Assembly: GCA_964456985.1 (NCBI GenBank)
Contig: CAYWDH010000001.1
Span: 84,714-148,713, forward strand
Length of the DNA: 64,000 bases
From: an uncultured Eubacteriales bacterium
GTDB taxonomy: Bacteria; Acidobacteriota; Aminicenantia; Aminicenantales; Aminicenantaceae
Direction: 5' to 3'
The notes beneath the pieces are model-generated. The model was given only the letters and a program-made list of their open reading frames with translations, was not told the DNA's origin and ran no database searches. Shown one piece after another: positions 56,977-64,000 of this stretch (positions are counted from its first letter, which is position 1; every line of letters begins with the position of its first letter). A program made the position numbers and the translations under genes.

Positions 56977-58362
56977 TTGATCAGACGGACAAATAGAAAA
57001 CTCAAACACATCCATATGGTCGGAATCGGAGGGACCGGAATGAACGGGATCGCTGAAATCCTATTGAACCTCGGATATGTTGTATCTGGTTCGGATCTGC
57101 TCTCCCAGGAATCTACTAAGCGGCTCACTTCTCTAGGGGCTAATATCAATATAGGCCACAAAGCCGGGCTTGTGCAGGGAGCAGATGTTGTGGTTATCTC
57201 CTCCGCCATAAAACCGGATAACATAGAAGTCATTGAGGCAAAAAAATTGAAGATTCCCGTTATCCCCAGAGCAGAGATGCTGGCAGAACTGATGCGATTG
57301 AAAAACAGCATTGCCGTCACCGGCTCTCACGGAAAAACCTCTACCACGTCCATGATCGCCCAGGTCCTTGAAAAAGGAGATTTAGATCCTACCATTATCG
57401 TGGGAGGCCGCCTGAACACGGTCGGCGCCCATGCCAAACTGGGAGAAGGAGAATTTATCGTCGCTGAAGCGGATGAGAGCGACCGCTCTTTTCTTTACCT
57501 TTCACCGTACATTGCCGTGCTGACGAATCTTGATGAAGAACATCTTGACCAGTACAAGACTGTTGATGAAATAAAAAAGACCTTTATCAATTTTGCAAAT
57601 AAAGTGCCTTTTTACTGTCCGGTGATATTGTGCCTTGATGATGCTAACCTTCAGAGCCTGATCCCTGACCTTGAGAGAAACATTATCACCTATGGATTCT
57701 CTGCCCAGGCAGACATCTATGCCACAGACCAGGAATTTAAAAATTTCTCTTCCACTTCAACCCTGTATCATAAAAACGAAAAAATGGGGAGGCTCAAACT
57801 GAATGTTCCCGGTGTGCACAATATTTACAATGCCATGGCTGCCGTCGGAGTGGGGCTCAACCTTGATATCCCCGCTCCCACAATCCTCGAAGGATTGGAA
57901 AGCTACACCGGGATCGGCAGGCGTTTTGAACTCAAAAAGAAAATCAAAGACATTATGGTCATAGAAGACTACGCTCATCACCCTACTGAAATCATAAAAA
58001 CACTGGAAGCTGCCAAGCGGGGCTGGATGCGAAGGACCCTAGCTGTTTTTCAACCGCACCGGTATTCCCGTCTTTCCCTTCTGATGCACGAATTCGCCAC
58101 CGCCTTTAATCAGGCGGATGTTCTCATTATCACTGAAGTGTATCCGGCTGGGGAAAATCCGATTCCAGGTATATCCGGAGAAAGACTTTTTGAGGAAATA
58201 CAGAAGTTTGGACACAAAAGCGTTTATTTTGAACCTGAGATGGAAAAAATACCGGGCTTGGTTGCAGAACTGTCACAACCCAAGGATATGATACTTGTTC
58301 TGGGAGCCGGCAGTATTTCCGGAATCATCCCGGGCCTTATAGAAAAACTGAGAGGCAAATAA
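56977..58362 (+). CDS. murC: UDP-MurNAc--L-Ala ligase
   Basis: GIGGTGM, GSHGKTST, EADESD, DYAHHPTE, FQPHRYSR. Confidence 0.96.
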   Translation: MIRRTNRKLKHIHMVGIGGTGMNGIAEILLNLGYVVSGSDLLSQESTKRLTSLGANINIGHKAGLVQGADVVVISSAIKPDNIEVIEAKKLKIPVIPRAEMLAELMRLKNSIAVTGSHGKTSTTSMIAQVLEKGDLDPTIIVGGRLNTVGAHAKLGEGEFIVAEADESDRSFLYLSPYIAVLTNLDEEHLDQYKTVDEIKKTFINFANKVPFYCPVILCLDDANLQSLIPDLERNIITYGFSAQADIYATDQEFKNFSSTSTLYHKNEKMGRLKLNVPGVHNIYNAMAAVGVGLNLDIPAPTILEGLESYTGIGRRFELKKKIKDIMVIEDYAHHPTEIIKTLEAAKRGWMRRTLAVFQPHRYSRLSLLMHEFATAFNQADVLIITEVYPAGENPIPGISGERLFEEIQKFGHKSVYFEPEMEKIPGLVAELSQPKDMILVLGAGSISGIIPGLIEKLRGK

Positions 58363-58366
58363 GAGA

Positions 58367-59233
58367 ATGGCTGTTAACCTGAATCCTTCCATCAAGCAGA
58401 AGCTGGATCCTTTTCTCTCCCAGCCTTACTTTCGCAGAAATGCAGAACAAATAAGACCACACAGGATCAAAAGAAAAATTAAACTCGGGCCAAAACATAT
58501 CATTATCAGTTTTCTGCTCATCGGAGGACTGTTCTTTCTTGTCCAGCAGGCCTATCTGTTTCTCATCACATGGGACAGGCTCGAAGTGGACAGCATTGAG
58601 ATACACTGCCTGAAGCCTGAACTTAAAAATTCCATCCAGAGCATCTTCCAGGGGAAAAAGATGGGAAATCTCCTGCTCCTTGACATCGGAAGGATACAGA
58701 AAATCACTAAATCATATACCTGGGTCAAGGATGTCCATGTGAAAAAAGTATTTCCATCAGCCGTGGATATAGAAATAACGGAAAGAGTGCCCATAGCCAT
58801 CATTAAAAAAAACCGGTTCTATCTCATAGACAGAGACGGTGTCCTGCTCGAACCTGTTGAAAAGACAGAAAACAGTAAGCTCCCTCTTATCATTGACAGC
58901 AGCGGATTCAAGAAAGATTTTCAGGATAAATTCGAGCTGGCAGTGAGATGCCTCGAAAGCCTCTCTTCAGAACAAAAGCGCATGATAAGGACGATCGACA
59001 TGTCAAAATACAGATGCGCCTCGATCAAACTGAACCAAAACTCTCCATGGCTCATTTTAGGTGAGAGCGATTTCTCAAACAAGATCCGGGAATACATGGA
59101 TAAAAGACTTTATTTTGCCAAATTCGGAGAGCTTAAAAGTATAAATATGATGTTTAAGGACCGTTTTATACTCACACCTGGCAAAAATGGTTCAAATAAA
59201 CAAATTTCCTTGCCAGAAAAGGAGGGAAGCTGA
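58367..59233 (+). CDS. ftsQ: Cell division protein FtsQ/DivIB
   Basis: TM plus POTRA (WVKDVHVKKVFP..I.ITER.P.A); precedes ftsA. Confidence 0.88.
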   Translation: MAVNLNPSIKQKLDPFLSQPYFRRNAEQIRPHRIKRKIKLGPKHIIISFLLIGGLFFLVQQAYLFLITWDRLEVDSIEIHCLKPELKNSIQSIFQGKKMGNLLLLDIGRIQKITKSYTWVKDVHVKKVFPSAVDIEITERVPIAIIKKNRFYLIDRDGVLLEPVEKTENSKLPLIIDSSGFKKDFQDKFELAVRCLESLSSEQKRMIRTIDMSKYRCASIKLNQNSPWLILGESDFSNKIREYMDKRLYFAKFGELKSINMMFKDRFILTPGKNGSNKQISLPEKEGS

Positions 59234-60456
59234 TGCCTAAAAACGGATATATAGTGGGAATAGACATCGGGACAAAAAAAATAACAGCCCTTATAGGAGA
59301 AGTCACGGAAGAGAAAAAAATCGAGATTATAGGTATCGGAACCGCGGATTCCAGGGGGCTGAGAAAGGGAGTGGTGGTAAACCTTGATGCCACAGTGGAA
59401 GCCATAAAAAAGGCACAGGAAGAAGCGGAACTCATGGCCGGATTTGAAATTGATTCCGGATATATAGGCATTTCCGGAGCTCATATAAAGAGTTTTAACA
59501 GCAGGGGCGTGATTGCTGTATCAGGTAAAAACAGAGAAATAACCAGGGAGGATATAAGACGGGTCATCGAACAATCCAAAGCTGTCTCCATTCCCCCTGA
59601 CAGAGAGATCATTCACATTATTCCTCAGGAATACGTGGTCGATGAACAGGACGGGATCAAATATCCGCTCGGTATGAGCGGCATTAAATTGGAGGTCAAT
59701 GTCCATATAGTCACAGGTGCTATAACTTCCGTTCAAAATCTGAAGACATGCATATCCCGCACCGGGATCGGGATCGAGCAGATCGTTCTCAATCAGATTG
59801 CCACTAGCCAATCCGTTCTCACACATGATGAAATGGAGCTGGGCGTTGGATTGATCGATATCGGAGGCGGGACCACGGAAATAGCCATTTTTGAAAGAGG
59901 AAGTCTCTGGTACACATCCGTCATTCCCATTGGAGGGGATAACTTCACGAACGATATAGCTGTGGGTCTCCGCACACCCATTCCGGAAGCGGAAAAAATC
60001 AAGAAAAAGTTCGGCTGTGTGTCCAGCCCCCTGGTCGATGAACAGGATACCATTGAGGTCCCGTCCGTAGGACGCGGGAAAAAAGCAAGGGTGCTTTCAA
60101 GGCAGCTTCTTGCTGAGATCATCCAGCCGAGGGCCGAAGAAATATTCCGCCTGGTCGATAATGATATCAAAAGAATGGGATATGAAAAATCATTGAACTC
60201 GGGCATTGTGCTTACCGGCGGAACATCGCTTCTTGACGGTCTTGAAGAGATCGCTGAAGGAGTCTTTGACCTTCCGGTAAGGCGTGGAGATCCCGGAGGA
60301 GTTGGGGGACTGGTCGATAGAGTCAACACTCCTGATTACTCCACGGCCGTGGGTCTTCTTTTATACGGATTTAACAAATGGAAGGAAAAAGGCTTCTCAA
60401 AAGATAAAAAGAAAGGCTTCTGGGTCAAACTCAAAGATTGGCTCAAGGAAGCATAG
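59233..60456 (+). CDS. ftsA: Cell division protein FtsA
   Basis: GIDIGT, DIGGGTT, VLTGG, amphipathic C-terminus. Confidence 0.97.
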   Translation: MPKNGYIVGIDIGTKKITALIGEVTEEKKIEIIGIGTADSRGLRKGVVVNLDATVEAIKKAQEEAELMAGFEIDSGYIGISGAHIKSFNSRGVIAVSGKNREITREDIRRVIEQSKAVSIPPDREIIHIIPQEYVVDEQDGIKYPLGMSGIKLEVNVHIVTGAITSVQNLKTCISRTGIGIEQIVLNQIATSQSVLTHDEMELGVGLIDIGGGTTEIAIFERGSLWYTSVIPIGGDNFTNDIAVGLRTPIPEAEKIKKKFGCVSSPLVDEQDTIEVPSVGRGKKARVLSRQLLAEIIQPRAEEIFRLVDNDIKRMGYEKSLNSGIVLTGGTSLLDGLEEIAEGVFDLPVRRGDPGGVGGLVDRVNTPDYSTAVGLLLYGFNKWKEKGFSKDKKKGFWVKLKDWLKEA

Positions 60457-60465
60457 GAGGCAAAA

Positions 60466-61686
60466 ATGAGTGAGGAACAAAAAAACAAACTAAAATTTCA
60501 TCTGGTTGATGAAAGCCCTGGAGCAAAAATCAGGGTTATTGGAATCGGCGGAGGAGGCGGAAACGCTGTAAACCGCATGATCGAATCACAAATTGACGGA
60601 GTGGAATTCATTGCCGTCAATACCGACCTCCAGGCATTAGGCAGCAATAAAGCTGGAACCAAACTCCAGATAGGAAGCAAGCTCACAAAAGGGCTGGGTT
60701 CCGGAGGAAGGCCTGATATCGGACGCGATGCTGCCATGGAGGATACAGAAAAATTGATCGAGCTTCTGGAAGGCGCGGATATGGTCTTTCTGACAACAGG
60801 ACTGGGCGGAGGAACAGGAACCGGTGCAACTCCGGTTCTGGCAAATCTTGCCTCTGAAATGGATGTTCTGGCTATCGCCATTGTCACTCTCCCCTTTAAC
60901 TTCGAGGGAAAAATCCGTGCCGATCAGGCGAACGAGGGACTGGAAGATCTGAGGTCAGCCGTAGATACGGTGATCTCAATTCCAAATGAAAGGCTTCTGG
61001 AGACCGTAAATCTGGACACCTCTATGCAGGAAGCATTCAAAATGGCTGACGATATCCTGCGTCAGGCCGTCCAGGGGATCTCTGATCTTATCACAAGACC
61101 CGGCTTGATCAACCTTGATTTTGCTGACGTCAAGTCCATCATGAAAGGAATGGGTATGGCCTTTATGGGAACCGGCATGGCATCAGGAGAAAACCGGGCA
61201 CTGGACGCGGCTCAAAAAGCCATTTCATCTCCTCTTCTTGTGGATACATCCATTTCCGGAGCGCAGGGAGTGCTTATCAATATAACCGGAGGAAAGGATA
61301 CCCGGCTGCATGAGGTATCCAAAGCCTCTGAACTGATCCATCAAAAAGCCCACCCGGATGCCAATATCATCTTCGGAACGGTCATAGACAGTTCCATGAA
61401 GGAGACTGTAAAAGTCACTGTGATCGCAACCGGATTTGACGAAAAAACAGACCAGAATTATATCGAACCGCAGGAATTGATCTCCCATCCGGCAGAGGAT
61501 ACTCCGCCTCCGTTTGAAGTCCGTCAAGAAACACCTCCCTATGTGTTCAGACCCAGAGGAAACAGGGTCATAGACGAGAATCCGCAAACAAACTGGGAGA
61601 AAAGATGGGACTCGTACGACACCCCGTCCTTTATAAGAAGAAACAAAGAGAGAGCCGTAGGAAAATCCTCTCATGATATCAGCTGA
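60466..61686 (+). CDS. ftsZ: Cell division protein FtsZ
   Basis: [22 protein letters not shown]-terminal DTPSFIR. Confidence 0.98.
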   Translation: MSEEQKNKLKFHLVDESPGAKIRVIGIGGGGGNAVNRMIESQIDGVEFIAVNTDLQALGSNKAGTKLQIGSKLTKGLGSGGRPDIGRDAAMEDTEKLIELLEGADMVFLTTGLGGGTGTGATPVLANLASEMDVLAIAIVTLPFNFEGKIRADQANEGLEDLRSAVDTVISIPNERLLETVNLDTSMQEAFKMADDILRQAVQGISDLITRPGLINLDFADVKSIMKGMGMAFMGTGMASGENRALDAAQKAISSPLLVDTSISGAQGVLINITGGKDTRLHEVSKASELIHQKAHPDANIIFGTVIDSSMKETVKVTVIATGFDEKTDQNYIEPQELISHPAEDTPPPFEVRQETPPYVFRPRGNRVIDENPQTNWEKRWDSYDTPSFIRRNKERAVGKSSHDIS

Positions 61687-62950
61687 TCTTATTGTATCCG
61701 GATGCGAGCAGCTCCTTACGTGCAGGGGCACTGCGCCTAAAAGGAAAAAAGACCTTCAGGAACTGGGCGTGATAGAGAAAGGGTGCATTGCCTCAAAAAA
61801 CGGAAGGATCGTTTTTGTAGGACAAGAAAATGAATTAAGGAGCCAGGTTACTGAAACATCCGGATGCCTTAAGATAGACGGCAGAGGATTGACCGGCCTT
61901 CCGGGTCTTATCGACTCACACACTCACCTTCCCTTTGCCGGAAGCCGGGAACAAGAATTCCTTCTGCGGCTCCAAGGCCATACCTATCTTGAGCTGGCTG
62001 AAAAAGGTATGGGCATACAGAGCTCAGTGGAAAAGACACGAAAGGCTTCGAAAAAAGAGATCGTATCTCTTTGTCATAAAAGACTCAATAGCATGCTCCT
62101 TCACGGCACAACGACCGTTGAAGCAAAGAGCGGATACGGGCTCAACCTTAAGGATGAGATAAAACAGCTTGAAGCTTTAAAACAAGCTGACCGATCCCAT
62201 CCTGTTGATATCATTCCCACATTCATGGGGGCCCACGAAGTGCCAAAGGAGTATAAAAACAAAAAGCATGAGTATATAAAACTCCTCACTCAAAAAATCA
62301 TACCGGCCGTCAGGGAAAAAAATCTGGCAGAATTTTTCGATATCTTCTGCGAGCAAGGCGTTTACTCCATTGACGAGTCAAGGGCTTTGATCCGGGCCGG
62401 GAAAAAAGCAGGTTTTAAAATCAAAATTCATGCTGACGAATTTACATCTCAGGGAGGCGCCCAACTGGCTGTTGAAGAAAAAGCTGTGTCCGCCGAACAT
62501 CTCATCGCCACAGATGAGGACGGCATCCAAAGGATCTCTAACAGCTCTACAGCAGCCGTTCTGCTTCCTGGTGTCCCGTTCTTCCTTATGCAGAACAAAC
62601 GGGCGCCTGCCCGGAGACTTATTCAGTCAGGAGCAGCCGTGGTACTGGCTTCGGATTTCAACCCGGGAAGCTCCATGACCGAATCCCTCTTTTTTATCAT
62701 GCAGCTTGGGGTCTACACCATGAATATGAGCATCGAAGAAGCCGTAAACGCTGTGACCCTCAATGCAGCCTATGCGGTCGACCGCCACATGGAGATAGGA
62801 AGCCTTGAGACTGGCAAAAAAATGGACCTCATCCTGTGCGATGCCCCCAATTACCCCTACCTTGTGTACCATTTCGGCATCAATCCCGTAAAACACGTCA
62901 TCAAAAACGGGAAATGGGTGGTAAGAGACGGCATCATAATTTATTCATAG
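61673..62950 (+). CDS. hutI: Imidazolonepropionase
   Basis: [39 protein letters not shown]. Confidence 0.95.
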   Translation: MISADLIVSGCEQLLTCRGTAPKRKKDLQELGVIEKGCIASKNGRIVFVGQENELRSQVTETSGCLKIDGRGLTGLPGLIDSHTHLPFAGSREQEFLLRLQGHTYLELAEKGMGIQSSVEKTRKASKKEIVSLCHKRLNSMLLHGTTTVEAKSGYGLNLKDEIKQLEALKQADRSHPVDIIPTFMGAHEVPKEYKNKKHEYIKLLTQKIIPAVREKNLAEFFDIFCEQGVYSIDESRALIRAGKKAGFKIKIHADEFTSQGGAQLAVEEKAVSAEHLIATDEDGIQRISNSSTAAVLLPGVPFFLMQNKRAPARRLIQSGAAVVLASDFNPGSSMTESLFFIMQLGVYTMNMSIEEAVNAVTLNAAYAVDRHMEIGSLETGKKMDLILCDAPNYPYLVYHFGINPVKHVIKNGKWVVRDGIIIYS

Positions 62951-63639
62951 ATAGGTTTAACCATTATCTTTCTGAAATAAATGTGATTCCCTTTTCCCCA
63001 GCTTTCCCCGGGATGGACCTGAACTCCGATGAATCCCTCATCCGGAACCCTGTATTTTCCGTCTCTCATCTCATCCTGAAACTCCATCACTTCTTTTCCA
63101 TTCAGGCTTACTTTGATAAGAGGAGGCTGTCCCTCAATGCTAACGAGAATTTCATTATATTCATCATCTTTCCACATCTCTTTAACTCCAGGATTATGGA
63201 GTAAAAAATCGCCTCCCAAGGGGCAGTAAACAGCCCCCACTTCCCCGTCAGGTCTGTAATCTATGGTTATCTGGTACGAAAGAACACTGGGCTGGACGCG
63301 CAAAAAAAGACCGGAATCCACTGGGTAATCAGCCTTTACTTCCGCATAAAGAATAAAATCCTTATACTTCTTTTCTGTGACCAGAAGCCCTCCTTTTCCT
63401 TCCGGATACTGGCTCCCCACCAGGACTCCGTCCTCAACGGTCCACTGACCGCACTCTCCGCTGTATTCCGTCAGCTTGCGCCATCCGTCAAGGTTCTCAT
63501 TATTGAACAGGACGGTAAATCCCTGTTCCTCAAAATCAGGACTTCTTTCCTGCCGTCCTGAAACTCCACTGGCAGCAAGGATCATTAAAACAAACAGCAT
63601 GCTTAAACTTAAAAGAAAGAGTCTTTTTTTCATTGTCAC
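62941..63639 (-). CDS. DUF1080 (3-keto-disaccharide hydrolase-like) exported protein
   Basis: LFNNENLDGW, WTVEDG, DSGLFLR, GFIGVQVH, FRKIMVK. Confidence 0.88.
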   Translation of the reverse strand: MTMKKRLFLLSLSMLFVLMILAASGVSGRQERSPDFEEQGFTVLFNNENLDGWRKLTEYSGECGQWTVEDGVLVGSQYPEGKGGLLVTEKKYKDFILYAEVKADYPVDSGLFLRVQPSVLSYQITIDYRPDGEVGAVYCPLGGDFLLHNPGVKEMWKDDEYNEILVSIEGQPPLIKVSLNGKEVMEFQDEMRDGKYRVPDEGFIGVQVHPGESWGKGNHIYFRKIMVKPIYE

Positions 63640-64000
63640 CTCATCTCCTTAATCAAGAACTCAACCTCAGCCGCAGCCAACCTCCCGAGCCGAACACATA
63701 CTTTTGAGCTGGTCCCGGGGGCCCTTATATCCTGGCATTTCAGAGGAGCCTGAGACTGCCACCACTTCCAGTATTTATCAACCTCAGTGCCGCATAGTCT
63801 TTTAGCCTCGCCTCTTTCTTCCTGAATCGTTCCGGAAGCAAATCCCAAAGCCATAATGCCTCCCGTCAGAAGTCCGCACAGATCCCTTTTTCCCATTCCG
63901 CCTCCAAAACCACAGGCAGCCCAAACTAAGTCCTCAGAAAGATCGAGATATCTCAAAGAAACCATCAATATGGATTCGGCACAGGAATATCCTTTCCCAA
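63636..64000 (-). CDS. C_GCAxxG_C_C family redox protein, 5' end beyond the window
   Basis: Frame extends upstream as GKGYSCAESIL; FGGGMG..DLCGLLTGG; C-terminal CQDI and C. Confidence 0.85.
   Translation of the reverse strand, partial: GKGYSCAESILMVSLRYLDLSEDLVWAACGFGGGMGKRDLCGLLTGGIMALGFASGTIQEERGEAKRLCGTEVDKYWKWWQSQAPLKCQDIRAPGTSSKVCVRLGRLAAAEVEFLIKEMR

Noticed and set aside
47243-61731. Minus-strand ORFs within the dcw cluster
   Set aside because: Shadows of conserved genes
63960-64000. Selenocysteine in the C_GCAxxG_C_C protein
   Set aside because: The codon in YSCAES is TGT (Cys); the short ORF call is due to the window edge
1-64000. CRISPR array, rRNA, prophage or intact IS
   Set aside because: No regularly spaced repeats and no cas, rRNA, phage or transposase signatures observed

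Overview
Bacterial chromosomal window. Gene content (two Acidobacteria-type VWA-related paralogs, many exported peptidases, DUF5916, ABC permease, beta-barrels) suggests Acidobacteriota, most likely Ca. Aminicenantes; this is inference only. Layout: (1) 1-7.6 kb is an AT-richer accessory tract downstream of a tRNA-Arg(TCG). It holds a Ser/Thr kinase-WD40-TPR protein, an internally deleted hydrolase and two diverged copies of a ~127-bp non-coding direct repeat. (2) 7.8-32.8 kb encodes envelope and peptide-scavenging genes (DUF5916, ABC permease, secreted MEMO1-like protein, DUF4097, beta-barrels, M14/S9/M28 peptidases, cyclophilin, two MscS) and a nested-palindrome MITE-like element at 29.4-29.7 kb. 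(3) 32.8-38.9 kb is an uncharacterised exported module (two MIDAS-less VWA-like paralogs, a beta-propeller and a LolA/MucB-like protein) split by an AbiEi/AbiEii toxin-antitoxin pair. (4) 39-46 kb encodes an amidohydrolase, PilZ, amidase, a DUF4405 remnant, M23 peptidase, a Tyr/Gly- and Arg/Ser-rich lipoprotein and a NUDIX hydrolase. (5) 46-63 kb is the dcw cluster (mraZ to ftsZ, lacking murB and ddl) running into hutI. Three consensus sigma54 promoters, an ECF-type promoter and MraZ boxes are visible. No CRISPR array, integrase or intact transposase was seen. All family assignments come from motif recognition by eye; no database search was run.
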